Notes: generated by a model not told the origin, from the sequence alone. DNA of 64,000 nucleotides from Chloroflexota bacterium (GCA_012514645.1 JAAYZW010000107.1:4599-68598), one strand, 5' to 3'; positions 1-9,383 are shown, counted from the stretch's first letter. Numbers and translations are program-made.

Positions 1-106
1 TTTGTTCGCGTTGGATGGAGTGCAGCGTTTCGTCGTCTACGGAGCGTCTGTAGGCAAACATCTCCCTTCGTAAGGTCAAGTCCTGTTCTCAATAACAAAA
101 TTCGCT

Positions 107-820
107 ATGACAAAAAACACTGATTCACTCTCTATTATTGTTCTGATCTCTGCCAATTCCGAATGGCAAGCTGCACTTGATATCCTTCAACCGTTCGAAA
201 TTGTGTCTTCTCCGCTTGGAGACTGGATCATCTCCCAGGTTCAAGGCTTCGAACTGGTGTTTTTTCACTCTGGCTGGGGGAAAACCCGCAGTGCTGCTGC
301 CACACAATATGTGATCGACCACTGGAAGCCTGATCTGGTGGTCAATTTGGGTACTTGTGGTGGATTGGAAGGTTATTCTATACTGGGTGAAACGCTGCTG
401 GTAACTAACACTGTTATGTACGATGTGGTTGAGCGCATGGGCAACCGCCACCTGGCGGTCGATTATTACCGCGGGTCATTAAATACCGAGTGGGTCGGTG
501 ACGAACTACCCGCAAATACCCGCCGGTCTCCATTGGCTTCCGCTGATCAGGATATCGATTTCCAAAACTTTTCTGTTTTGTCTGAAGAGTTCACGGTGCC
601 AGCTGCAGATTGGGAATCAAGCCCAATTGCCTGGGTGTTGAATGCAAACAATGTTCCTGGTTTGATTTTACGGTCTGTCAGTGACATCATCACTCCCGCC
701 GGTTCGGAAACCGACAACAATCACCTTCTCTGGCGCTCGAGAGTGAAGGACATCATGCAAAAACTACTTGAGGATCTTCCGTTTTACCTGGAAAAGTTTA
801 CAATAGCAGTAAAAGGGTAA
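107..820 (+). CDS. Nucleoside phosphorylase-family protein (MTA/SAH nucleosidase- or futalosine hydrolase-like)
   Basis: 237-aa ORF. Blocks HSGWGKTRSAAAT, NLGTCGGL and RSVSDI resemble the GIGKVNAA / GTAGG / ISD signature blocks of the PNP_UDP_1 fold. Confidence 0.6.
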   Translation: MTKNTDSLSIIVLISANSEWQAALDILQPFEIVSSPLGDWIISQVQGFELVFFHSGWGKTRSAAATQYVIDHWKPDLVVNLGTCGGLEGYSILGETLLVTNTVMYDVVERMGNRHLAVDYYRGSLNTEWVGDELPANTRRSPLASADQDIDFQNFSVLSEEFTVPAADWESSPIAWVLNANNVPGLILRSVSDIITPAGSETDNNHLLWRSRVKDIMQKLLEDLPFYLEKFTIAVKG

Positions 821-873
821 TTTTCGAAGCAATTCTCAATGTGAAAATAAACCATCGTTTTTGCCCAAATAAA

Positions 874-1007
874 GTGCATAACCGGGATTTATACAAGCGT
901 AGGGGCAGGTCCCAATCGTGAGTGCTTATTAATCGGATTCATAGTCAGACCTGCCCAGCTCAAGAACTGTGGACAGGTAATAAAAACCGAAAATTGACCG
1001 TGATTCC
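874..1007. repeat. Intergenic structured repeat, copy 1 (hairpin 903-911/948-956 plus conserved 3' tail)
   Basis: Aligns by eye with 4901..5019 in the same orientation. The stem GGGCAGGTC/GACCTGCCC closes a 36-nt loop and is preceded by GTAG. Confidence 0.7.
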
Positions 1008-1175
1008 AAAGGGGTGGGTTTGGCTGATTAAAAAATTTTTACGCAGCTCACATTTTGACCCCCATATCGTTGTAATACTTTTATATCCAATGATATTGCA
1101 GGAGCCTCAGATGAGGTAAACATCGGGACAGCGTGAGAGCCGTCCCCGACAAAAAACTCTCAATCATCTGATCAA

Positions 1176-3023
1176 CTAATCGCTTGGTTTGCCCAATCTC
1201 GCGCGTTCTTCTTCAACGATGCTGTGGTCGAGCTTCTTGAACAATGGCGCCGGTTGATTGAAAGGCTTGCCCTCTTCCAGTTCAAGTGGCACCCAGGCAT
1301 CAGAGCCCGGTCTCACCAATGAGAAATCGCTGGTCAGCCCCAACACCAGGTGTGTTCCCAGTGAATCTTTCACTTCACGGGTGAAGGGCGTCTCAAACAA
1401 GGAATAATCGTTAGCCAGAATTTTGTTCAGCTGTTCGCTGGTTTCCGGCAGGAATGGTGAAAAAATTATCTTCAACCAATCAATCGCCTGGATAGCTGTG
1501 AAAAGCGATTTAGCCGCTTCATTGCGGTCTGTTTTTATTTCAAACCAGGGGGCTTGCACGTCAAGGTACTTATTCACTTCAGTCGCCAGCCGCATTGCTT
1601 CTGCCAGGGCTGCCTTCAGCTGCACCTTTTCAATATGGTCCCCAACCAAATCAAAGCCTGCCGTGATCTTATCCAACAATTCGTGATCGGGAGCGCGTAA
1701 TTGCCCTGGGTTCGGTATCTTTCCATCAAAGTTTTTCCAGGTAAATGACAAAACCCGGTTCACTAAATTACCCCAGGTTGCCACCAATTCGTTGTTATTA
1801 CGCTGATAGAAGTCTTCCCAATCCCAGTCAGTATCGCGATTTTCGGGCATGGCAACAGCCAGGTAATAGCGCAGCGCGTCACTGTCATAACGGTCCAGCG
1901 CGTCCAAACCCCAGACTGCCCAGTTGTTGCTGCCGCTGATCTTTTTGCCTTCCAGGTTCATGAATTCGTTTGCCGGCACATCGTAAGGCAAAACCAGAGC
2001 CTGCGGAGCATCACTGCCCATGTGGTGGTCAAAATCCGCACCCATTCCGAGCAGTTCTGCGGGCCAGGTTACCGCATGAAAGGTGATATTGTCTTTGCCA
2101 ATGAAGTAAAATGACCTCGCATTCTGATTCGTCCACCATTCGCGCCAAACATCGGGTTGGTCATACAGGTGACCCCACTCAACGGTTGATGACAAATAAC
2201 CGATCACTGCCTCAAACCATACGTACAGACACTTACCCTCCCAACCTTCCAGCGGCACCGGTATTCCCCACTCCAGGTCCCGCGTGATCGATGTTGGTTT
2301 CAAACCCACAGATTGGATTGTGCCCAAAGACTGGCGTAAGACATTCGGGCGCCAATAGTCTTCACGATCTTTTAGAAATTGCTGAATTTGCGGTTCAAGT
2401 GTTGACAGATCCAGGTAGAAGTGTTCAGTTTCCTTGAGCTCGGGGGTGGCGCCATCGACTTTCGAGCGAGGGTTGATCAGCTTTTCGGCTTCCAGCTCGC
2501 TGCCGCAGTGCTCGCATTGGTCAGAGCGCGCGCCTTCATAACCACAAATATAACAAGTACCCTCAACGTACCTGTCTGGCAAAAAGCGATCCTGTGCCGG
2601 ACTGTACCATTGTTTGGATACATTTTTCTTTAGATATCCGTTCTCCAGAAGAGAGAGGAAAACCTTCTGGGAAATGGAAAAATGGTTATCGGTATGAGTG
2701 GATGTAAACAGATCATAGCTTATCCCCAGTCGCTGGAACAATTCAATGAAACGCGGGTGATAATGCGAATAGATCTGGTAAGGAGTCTGCCCGGTTTGGT
2801 CAGCCTTGATCGTGATCGCCGTGCCATGAGAATCAGAACCAGAGACCATCAGCACTCTATTGCCTCTCAGGCGGTGGTATCGAGCGACGATATCGCCAGG
2901 CAGGTGTGAGCCGGTAATGTTACCTACGTGGATGTCAGAATTCGCGTAAGGCCAGGCAACAGCAATTAAAATGTTTTCGTTCATAGTTAACTCCGGTAAC
3001 AAAGCATCGGCGAATTTTACCAT
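1176..3023 (-). CDS. metG: Methionyl-tRNA synthetase
   Basis: 615 aa. Class I HIGH-type motif (AWPYANSDIHVGN), KMSKS-type motif (KISGS), a zinc knuckle (CYICG...CEHCG) and MetRS-typical blocks (GSDSHGT, FIGKDNITFH). Confidence 0.9.
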   Translation of the reverse strand: MVKFADALLPELTMNENILIAVAWPYANSDIHVGNITGSHLPGDIVARYHRLRGNRVLMVSGSDSHGTAITIKADQTGQTPYQIYSHYHPRFIELFQRLGISYDLFTSTHTDNHFSISQKVFLSLLENGYLKKNVSKQWYSPAQDRFLPDRYVEGTCYICGYEGARSDQCEHCGSELEAEKLINPRSKVDGATPELKETEHFYLDLSTLEPQIQQFLKDREDYWRPNVLRQSLGTIQSVGLKPTSITRDLEWGIPVPLEGWEGKCLYVWFEAVIGYLSSTVEWGHLYDQPDVWREWWTNQNARSFYFIGKDNITFHAVTWPAELLGMGADFDHHMGSDAPQALVLPYDVPANEFMNLEGKKISGSNNWAVWGLDALDRYDSDALRYYLAVAMPENRDTDWDWEDFYQRNNNELVATWGNLVNRVLSFTWKNFDGKIPNPGQLRAPDHELLDKITAGFDLVGDHIEKVQLKAALAEAMRLATEVNKYLDVQAPWFEIKTDRNEAAKSLFTAIQAIDWLKIIFSPFLPETSEQLNKILANDYSLFETPFTREVKDSLGTHLVLGLTSDFSLVRPGSDAWVPLELEEGKPFNQPAPLFKKLDHSIVEEERARLGKPSD

Positions 3024-3053
3024 CCTTACCGTGCTTTTTAAATAATGTCGTTC

Positions 3054-3536
3054 TTAAGAATAGTCTATACCGTGATTATGCTCACAGGTTCCGGTGTTCA
3101 GGTTTTGACCGCAATCCAGGCATATTCCTCTACAATCTGGGGAGCAAGTGTTGGCAAGAGGCAAACCCAACAGCAGGTAGTCGCGGAAGGGGACGCCCAG
3201 CTCGATGTAACCGTCATTTGGCACCTCTTCTTCGTCCAGCTCTTCTTTCATGCGGGTTTCAAATACGTAAAGTTCCTCAAAGTCTGCACAAACGTGAACC
3301 GTAATCGGTTCGAGACAGCGATTGCAGTTTGCATCAATATCTGCTTCGAGGTCTGCCTGTAAAAGCAAACCCTCGCGGGTGCGCGAGAAAGAAAAAGTGC
3401 CTTTAAGGTTAGTGGCGTTTAAATCGGGTTCAATGAATATTTGCGCGAAGTCCACTTGAAATTCACGGCTGAATCCGATCGGTTTATTCAGGAAATATCC
3501 GACGTTTGTGCGAAGGGGATGTCTTATTTTTTCCAT
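3054..3536 (-). CDS. DUF177 (YceD-like) protein
   Basis: The C-terminal cysteine cluster CSPDCRGICLDCGQNLNTGTCEH and an acidic central region are typical of DUF177. I prefer the ATG at 3536 (MEKIRHPL) over the TTG at 3596, because that TTG lies inside a candidate -35 box. Confidence 0.65.
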   Translation of the reverse strand: MEKIRHPLRTNVGYFLNKPIGFSREFQVDFAQIFIEPDLNATNLKGTFSFSRTREGLLLQADLEADIDANCNRCLEPITVHVCADFEELYVFETRMKEELDEEEVPNDGYIELGVPFRDYLLLGLPLANTCSPDCRGICLDCGQNLNTGTCEHNHGIDYS

Positions 3537-3567
3537 AGCATTTACAATTGTTAAAGAATTCTTCAAA

Positions 3568-3596
3568 ATTATATCATGTGGCTTGATTGTTCCCAA
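3568..3596 (-). promoter_or_regulatory. Candidate sigma70-type promoter for the DUF177-metG unit
   Basis: The minus strand reads TTGGGA, 17 nt, TATAAT (-35 at 3596..3591, -10 at 3573..3568), about 30 nt upstream of the ATG at 3536. Confidence 0.4.
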
Positions 3597-3613
3597 GTCT
3601 ACGAGGAAGGTCT

Positions 3614-4216
3614 ATGAAGACAGTTTTGATCGCCAGCAATAATGACCACAAGTACGAGGAGATATCGGCAATCCTGGCACATCTGCCGATTCGATTGGTT
3701 AAGCCCGCTGAGCTTGGCTTGAACGTTGACCCCACAGAAACAGGAGCAACATATTTTGAGAATTCACTCCTGAAAGCCAGGGCGTTCCACCAGGCAAGCG
3801 GAATGCCAGTTCTGGCGGATGATTCCGGTTTGGAAGTGGAACTATTGGGCGGAGAGCCTGGACTGCATTCTCATCGTTTTTCGCCAAAACCAGGTGCCAG
3901 CGACCATGACCGCTGTCTTTATTTGATCTCCAAGCTTGTAGGCAAACCCAAACCCTGGCACGCCACTTTTCACTGCCACGCTGTATTCCTTATCAGTCCA
4001 ACTTTGATCGGAGCCAGCCATGGTACCGTCAGGGGTGAGATCATTGAGGAATTCCGGGGCAGCAACGGTTTTGGATACGACCCGATATTTTTCGTCCCCT
4101 CTGAAGGAAAAACTATGGCTGAACTGGGTTCCCCCTATAAGAATAAAAACAGCCATCGTGCCAGAGCGCTTGCAGGACTGGATTTGCTTAAGAGCTGGAG
4201 TCTGGAAGCAGATTAG
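3614..4216 (+). CDS. rdgB: Non-canonical purine NTP pyrophosphatase (RdgB/HAM1 family)
   Basis: MKTVLIASNNDHKYEE start and the FGYDPIFF motif. A GAGGAAGG ribosome-binding site lies upstream of the ATG at 3614. Confidence 0.85.
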   Translation: MKTVLIASNNDHKYEEISAILAHLPIRLVKPAELGLNVDPTETGATYFENSLLKARAFHQASGMPVLADDSGLEVELLGGEPGLHSHRFSPKPGASDHDRCLYLISKLVGKPKPWHATFHCHAVFLISPTLIGASHGTVRGEIIEEFRGSNGFGYDPIFFVPSEGKTMAELGSPYKNKNSHRARALAGLDLLKSWSLEAD

Positions 4217-4704
4217 AATTTGTAGCCGATTTTCCTCAGGAAGCTCTTACGATTGGCAATGTCTTCTTCGGTTTCAATCCTCGTTGGTGAAGAGCCATCG
4301 ACAACACCCAACACCGCCCTCCCCAAATCCGATTCGAGTAAAACCACCTCGGTGGGGTTAGCGGTAGCACAGAAGATGTTGACCACTTCCGGAATTTGCT
4401 TGAGGTTGTTCAAAACATTGATCGGGAAGTAACCTTCGCCGAGGAACAAGATAAAGCTGTGCCCCGCGCCAATCCGCAGCGCGTTTTCGGTCGCCAATTC
4501 GATCAGGTCTTCGTCATTGCCGGTCCAGCGCACAAGACAGGGTCCCGAAGCTTCACAAAATGCCAGTCCAAATTTTATGTTTGGCACGGTCGTTACCAAC
4601 ATTTCGTGGATATCTTCCACAGTTTTAATGAAATGCGATTGACCAAGAATAAAGTTGAGATTTTCGGGTTTTTTGATCGGTTCAAGTAAAAGTTTCATAT
4701 TCAC
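4213..4704 (-). CDS. Adenosine-specific kinase family protein (Adenosine_kin / PAE2307-like)
   Basis: 163 aa. Blocks GQSHFIKTVEDIHE, IKFGLAFCEASG, GAGHSF and FPINVLN match my recollection of this small, mostly archaeal family. A GGAGGTG ribosome-binding site precedes the ATG. Confidence 0.7.
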   Translation of the reverse strand: MNMKLLLEPIKKPENLNFILGQSHFIKTVEDIHEMLVTTVPNIKFGLAFCEASGPCLVRWTGNDEDLIELATENALRIGAGHSFILFLGEGYFPINVLNNLKQIPEVVNIFCATANPTEVVLLESDLGRAVLGVVDGSSPTRIETEEDIANRKSFLRKIGYKF

Positions 4705-4900
4705 CTCCGCGAGTCTTTATGATTTTAGCATAATCGCTACAGCGAGATCGTTGCATTACTAAAGCAAGTGATGGAAGCCTATGCGTGAAACGGAAACAAA
4801 ATGTTTCCAAAGCAATCCTGGCGGTGTGACAGAAATTCTCAATCTAAAAAAACCATTGTTTTTTGTCTTAACAAATCTGTGAAATTTATCCACATCATAG

Positions 4901-5019
4901 GTGCATAATCGTGGGGGGAGGTCCCAAGCGTGAGCACTCAATAACCACTGACATAGTCAGACCTCCCCAATTCAAGAATTGCAGAAAGACACTGAAAACA
5001 GGAAATTAACCGTGATTCC
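4901..5019. repeat. Intergenic structured repeat, copy 2 (hairpin 4915-4923/4960-4968)
   Basis: Same element as 874..1007. The stem GGGGAGGTC/GACCTCCCC closes a 36-nt loop and is preceded by GTGG. It shares the tail ...TCAAGAA...ACCGTGATTCC. Confidence 0.7.
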
Positions 5020-5073
5020 TGGCAGCGTGTCGTTCGAACCGTACATGATTTTCAAATAAGGTAAAATTGACAC

Positions 5074-6123
5074 ATGGCAAAATTTGGCGCGCGGTTATTC
5101 CTGACACTGTCCATCTCGGTTTTTCTACTAAATGCTTGCGGAACCTTTTCCCCGAAGCCAACCCTCGATTTCAACCCAAGCACCCAAACCCCTGAATTTG
5201 CGCCACCAACCGCGATGCCGACTTTCACGCCCACACCAGCTTCCCTGGGCTCTGCTGAAAACCCGATCGTGATCGGTCTGATCGTCCCCGAGAGCATCCC
5301 CGGGCAGGCGGAAGCGATGCAAAGTGTATTGATGCATATGACCGAAGCGCTCGCGCTAAACTTCTCGGCGCAAACCTATGGAAATTACATCGACCTTGAG
5401 CTTGCCATGCAGCGTCAGGAGGTCGATATGACCTGGCTGACCGCGCCAGAATATTTGCTGGCTTCTCAGAAAGACCTGGCAAGCGCACTGTTAGTGACCA
5501 ATCACCTCGGTGTGACTGCTTATGGCGTTCAGTTTTTGGGGCACAAAGAGGGCGGTTTTGATTTTTTTTACGATCCCACAACCAACACCTCGCAAGCAAC
5601 CGCTCCCGAGGCGCTAACGCAATTGGCAGGTTTGCGCCCCTGCCTGACCGAGGAAGATTCATTGGCAGGATACTGGGTGCCGCTGGGTTACATGAACCAA
5701 AATAATATTGCCTATACCCGCCCGGTTTTGACCTATAGTTTCAGCTCCAGCATCCGTGCGCTTTATATTAAGGGCATCTGCTCCTATGCTGTCACTTACG
5801 CCATCTCAGCCGACCCACGCAGCTCTTCTGAAGTTGTCAATGACCTGACCGATATCATGGATAAGGTGCCTGTCATCTGGATTTCACCACCGATCATCCC
5901 GAACCTGAACCTGTCGGTTTCGAAACAAATGGAGCTGACCCTGCAGAACCGCATTTCCGAGTTTTTGCGGAATTTTTCACGGGAAGACCTGGGCAAAAGC
6001 CTGTTGAGCCAGATGCTCAATTATGAAGTTACACAACTGGAACCACTGCACGACACCAGCTACCAACCTCTGCGCGATCTGCTTACAACCACGAACGTCC
6101 GTCTCGCTGATCTGGTGCGATAA
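5074..6123 (+). CDS. PhnD-like (phosphonate/phosphite ABC-type) substrate-binding lipoprotein
   Basis: Signal peptide with lipobox LLNAC|G and a Pro/Thr-rich linker. The domain pattern (YGNYIDLELAMQRQEVDMTWLTAPEYLLA) resembles periplasmic binding proteins of the PhnD type. Confidence 0.5.
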   Translation: MAKFGARLFLTLSISVFLLNACGTFSPKPTLDFNPSTQTPEFAPPTAMPTFTPTPASLGSAENPIVIGLIVPESIPGQAEAMQSVLMHMTEALALNFSAQTYGNYIDLELAMQRQEVDMTWLTAPEYLLASQKDLASALLVTNHLGVTAYGVQFLGHKEGGFDFFYDPTTNTSQATAPEALTQLAGLRPCLTEEDSLAGYWVPLGYMNQNNIAYTRPVLTYSFSSSIRALYIKGICSYAVTYAISADPRSSSEVVNDLTDIMDKVPVIWISPPIIPNLNLSVSKQMELTLQNRISEFLRNFSREDLGKSLLSQMLNYEVTQLEPLHDTSYQPLRDLLTTTNVRLADLVR

Positions 6124-6132
6124 GACCTGGCT

Positions 6133-6768
6133 ATGAAAAAGTTTTTGCGTTTCCTCGTGATTATGGTATGTGCTGGATTTCTCCTGACAGGAGCACTGCG
6201 GGTGACGATGCTGGCGATCACGAAGAACGTGACCTTTTCACTCGATTCGGTCCCATCGAAGCCGGTTGTTCTCGTTCCGGGAGCCGGTTTGAATCATCAG
6301 GGTGGTCCATCGGTGCCGTTGCAGGACAGACTGGACGCAGCCATTGCGCTCTATCAGCGCGGCAAGGTTCAGAAGCTGCTCTTTTCAGGAGACAATACTG
6401 AGTTGACCTACAACGAACCGGGGGCAATGCACGCTTACGCGATTTCTAAGGGGATCCCTGAAGAAGATATTGTTCTCGATTTTGCTGGCAGACGTACGTA
6501 TGACAGCTGCTACCGAGCGAAACACATCTTTGGGCTGGACGAAGTGATCATCGTCACGCAGGAGTACCACCTGCCCCGCGCCTTGTTTTTATGTGAGAAC
6601 TCAGAGCTGGATTCCGTGGGCGTCCCTGTCGAACAATCGCGCTATATTCGCTCGCGCTACTTGTTTTGGAACGCGAGGGAAGTTCTTGCTACGGTGCAAG
6701 CCTGGCTCGATGTCTATTTTCTCAAACCCTTGCCAGTGCTGGGCGAGATGGAGCCAATTTTTCCATAA
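6133..6768 (+). CDS. SanA/YdcF-like DUF218 protein
   Basis: N-terminal TM helix followed by blocks LVPGAGL, LQDRLDAAIALYQRGKVQKLLFSGDN and IIVTQEYHLPRALF, which are typical of DUF218/SanA. Confidence 0.6.
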   Translation: MKKFLRFLVIMVCAGFLLTGALRVTMLAITKNVTFSLDSVPSKPVVLVPGAGLNHQGGPSVPLQDRLDAAIALYQRGKVQKLLFSGDNTELTYNEPGAMHAYAISKGIPEEDIVLDFAGRRTYDSCYRAKHIFGLDEVIIVTQEYHLPRALFLCENSELDSVGVPVEQSRYIRSRYLFWNAREVLATVQAWLDVYFLKPLPVLGEMEPIFP

Positions 6769-6820
6769 TAATTGAACTGGTTTGCCAGTGACCGTCACGA
6801 ACTTTTTCTAAAACCAATAA

Positions 6821-9274
6821 TTACGCTTGTTCTTCGCCCCAATATTCACTGTAGTCCATTATATTTGTAAAACCAATCACCTCGTCGCCAGGCTTTAACT
6901 GGTACATTTTTTGACCGTTGGCGGCACGTTTCCTGGCAATCGCATTGGTGATGGTAAAGACCTTGCTGGCAGTTTTTCTAAAATGGCTGATACCCCGGTC
7001 GGTCAGTTTTCCAACCAGCATCGCTGCGATCTGGTCATCCTTGCCCAGCTTCCAACCGATCACACCCTGACCATAACGCCCCTGCACCGGAAAATCGCTG
7101 CCAGCCACTCGTTTTGCCAGCCCGAGCTGGGTCAGCAGCCCAACCTCATCTTTGTCAGTGACAAAAGCGGCACCAACGACGTAATCGTCCGATTTCAACT
7201 TAATAGAATTGACGCCGGCTGCCACCAAACCCATTGGACGCACCTCGCTTTCATTGAAGCGAATGCACATGCCGCTGGCTGTAGCAATGAGCAGATCCTG
7301 TTTACCATCCGAGATCAGCACCTGGTAGAGTTCATCGCCCGGGTTGACCTTGCACAAGGTGAAATCATTCACGGCAGCGCCAGGAAGATCCCTCACCGAA
7401 GAGCGCTTAATCACCCCCTGCCGGCTGATGGTAATCACATAGCGCTCTGGCAAATCGTCTGTTTCTATCGGCACTGTGAAAACAGCTTGCAAAATATCGT
7501 TCGCATGGAGCGGGGCAAGCTTATGCGCCGGCAACGCGCTGTCTTCTCCGCGTTGAACCGGAATGGAAAGAGACGCAATCGCGGCAGCACGACCCTCGGT
7601 TGTGACCAGGAAAATAGTCTGATGCGAGTTTGTGCGAATCAAGCTCCAGGGCGAATTCTCACCGCCCAGACGCCTGCATTTATCGTTCTCAGTGCGAGAA
7701 AGCAGTCCTTCTTCGCTAATTTCGACCCAATAGTGCTCTAAGGGCATCACATCGGTGACGGTCAGGAAATCGGAGGCTTTTTCGCCTTCTCCAAGCATAA
7801 TGATTTGCGTTCGGCGGCTGTCGCCATATTTTTCTCTGACCTCACGCAGTTCGTCAACCACAACCCGGCGCATTTTTTTGGGGGATTTGAGCAGCGCTTT
7901 TAATTCTTCGATTAGCTTACTCACCTCTTTAAATTCGTCTTCGATCTTTTTGCGCTCCAACGATGCCAACCGACGCAGAGGCATTTCCAGGATGGCGTTC
8001 GCTTGAATTTCATCGAGACCATACTTGCTCATCAGACCCTGACGGGCATCGTCCACGGATTGCGATTTCTTGATTAATTTGATAATTTCGTCGATATGCT
8101 GAATGGCTATGCGCAGAGCTTTTAAGATATGCAGGCGTTCTTCGTTCTTTCGCAAAAGAAATTCACTCCGTCGGCGAACCACCTCAAGGCGGTGCTCTAC
8201 AAACACCCGTAATGCTTGTTTTAGTGACAACCGGTGCGGACTGCCATCCACCAATGCCAGAATATTAATGCCAAAGGTGCTCTGCATCTGGGTTCGTTTA
8301 TAGAGCGTGGTCAAAATTGCGTCAGTATCAGCGTTTTTGGTCAGGTCAAAGACAATCCGCATTCCCTGGCGATCAGACTCATCACGCAGGTCAGTGATCC
8401 CTTCCAGCCCACCCTCGCGAATGATTGAAGCAATGCGCTCAATCAGAGTTGATTTGTTAACCATGTAGGGCAATTCGGTCACAATGATACGCATTCTGCC
8501 GCGTGACATTTCTTCCAGGCGCGTTTGCGCGCGCATTTTAACTGTGCCATGACCCGAACCATAAATTTGCGAAAGTTGTTCAGAGCTGTCATCCTGCAAG
8601 ATCAGCCCACCGGTTGGAAAGTCGGGTCCTTTGATGAAGGTCATCAAGTCATCTACGGTAATATCTTCGATGCGGTCCCAATTTTCCAGCATCATCACCA
8701 GGGCGTCCACCACCTCAGCGAGGTTGTGCGGGGGAATGTTGGTTGCCATGCCAACGGCGATGCCAGTTGCTCCATTCACCAGCATATTTGGAATAGCGGA
8801 AGGCAAGACACTCGGTTCCTTAAGCGTGCCGTCAAAATTGTCAATGAAATCGACGGTCTCAAGATCAAGCTGCCGCAGCATTTCGATCGAAATCGGAGAA
8901 AGTCGCGCTTCGGTGTAACGCATCGCTGCCGGAGGGTCGCCATCGATGCTGCCAAAGTTTCCCTGTCCGTCCACAAGCATGTATCTTACCGAAAAGTCCT
9001 GTGCCATACGAGCCATGGCATCATAAACAGCAGTGTCTCCATGGGGGTGATACTTCCCTAAAACCTCACCGACGATACGGGCAGATTTTTTATGTGGGGT
9101 GGTGTCACGGATACCCATGTCATACATTGCGTACAAGATTCTGCGCTGCACCGGCTTCATGCCATCACGGGCGTCTGGTAAGGCTCGAGAGACGATCACG
9201 CTCATTGCATAGTCCAGGTAAGACTGCTGCATTTCGGCGTTGATGTTTACTTTGCTAATGTGAGAGGTGATCAT
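6821..9274 (-). CDS. gyrA: Type IIA topoisomerase subunit A (DNA gyrase A-like)
   Basis: [33 protein letters not shown] and [18 protein letters not shown] with the catalytic Tyr, and a full-length C-terminal beta-pinwheel region. The ATG at 9274 is preferred over the TTG at 9286. Confidence 0.8.
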   Translation of the reverse strand: MITSHISKVNINAEMQQSYLDYAMSVIVSRALPDARDGMKPVQRRILYAMYDMGIRDTTPHKKSARIVGEVLGKYHPHGDTAVYDAMARMAQDFSVRYMLVDGQGNFGSIDGDPPAAMRYTEARLSPISIEMLRQLDLETVDFIDNFDGTLKEPSVLPSAIPNMLVNGATGIAVGMATNIPPHNLAEVVDALVMMLENWDRIEDITVDDLMTFIKGPDFPTGGLILQDDSSEQLSQIYGSGHGTVKMRAQTRLEEMSRGRMRIIVTELPYMVNKSTLIERIASIIREGGLEGITDLRDESDRQGMRIVFDLTKNADTDAILTTLYKRTQMQSTFGINILALVDGSPHRLSLKQALRVFVEHRLEVVRRRSEFLLRKNEERLHILKALRIAIQHIDEIIKLIKKSQSVDDARQGLMSKYGLDEIQANAILEMPLRRLASLERKKIEDEFKEVSKLIEELKALLKSPKKMRRVVVDELREVREKYGDSRRTQIIMLGEGEKASDFLTVTDVMPLEHYWVEISEEGLLSRTENDKCRRLGGENSPWSLIRTNSHQTIFLVTTEGRAAAIASLSIPVQRGEDSALPAHKLAPLHANDILQAVFTVPIETDDLPERYVITISRQGVIKRSSVRDLPGAAVNDFTLCKVNPGDELYQVLISDGKQDLLIATASGMCIRFNESEVRPMGLVAAGVNSIKLKSDDYVVGAAFVTDKDEVGLLTQLGLAKRVAGSDFPVQGRYGQGVIGWKLGKDDQIAAMLVGKLTDRGISHFRKTASKVFTITNAIARKRAANGQKMYQLKPGDEVIGFTNIMDYSEYWGEEQA

Positions 9275-9329
9275 AAATAGGCTCAATTACAAAAATAAAA
9301 ATTCGATTGTCAATTCTTAACTATAGCAC

Positions 9330-9361
9330 AAACACCCGGGGATTTGGGTCTCCGGGTGTTT
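9330..9361. terminator. Strong hairpin between the rpoC 3' end and the gyrA 5' end
   Basis: AAACACCCGGGGA / TCTCCGGGTGTTT forms a ~13-bp stem with a 6-nt loop. The T-tract (GATTTTTG) follows it only on the plus strand, so its role as the rpoC (minus-strand) terminator is plausible but not classical. Confidence 0.5.
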
Positions 9362-9383
9362 GATTTTTGAAAATTAGCCAGGT

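Noticed and set aside
1-73. Window-edge coding fragment
   Set aside because: The sequence can be read as the C-terminus of a plus-strand gene (...LDGVQRFVVYGASVGKHLPS, stop at 71..73). It can also be read as the start of a minus-strand gene (ATG at 61, with GGGAG directly abutting it). It is too short to decide, so it is not reported as a feature.
922-1119. 65-aa plus-strand ORF overlapping repeat copy 1
   Set aside because: The second copy of the repeat at 4901..5019 contains no equivalent ORF, so the conservation is at the nucleotide or structure level rather than in coding sequence.
6911-7741. Long antisense or alternate-frame ORFs inside large genes (for example 6911..7741 in gyrA, 10254..10769 and 11814..12428 in rpoC, 25128..25715 in the 1745-aa gene, 41095..41979 in topA, 45282..46178 in ffh)
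   Set aside because: Each is fully embedded opposite a gene with strong conserved motifs. The translations are low-complexity or Arg/Ser/Pro-rich, with no recognisable motifs and no ribosome-binding sites, which is typical of shadow ORFs.
9284-9313. TTGACA hexamer upstream of gyrA as a promoter
   Set aside because: No acceptable -10 hexamer lies at 16-18 nt spacing (only GTAATT or TAATTG), so I did not call a promoter.
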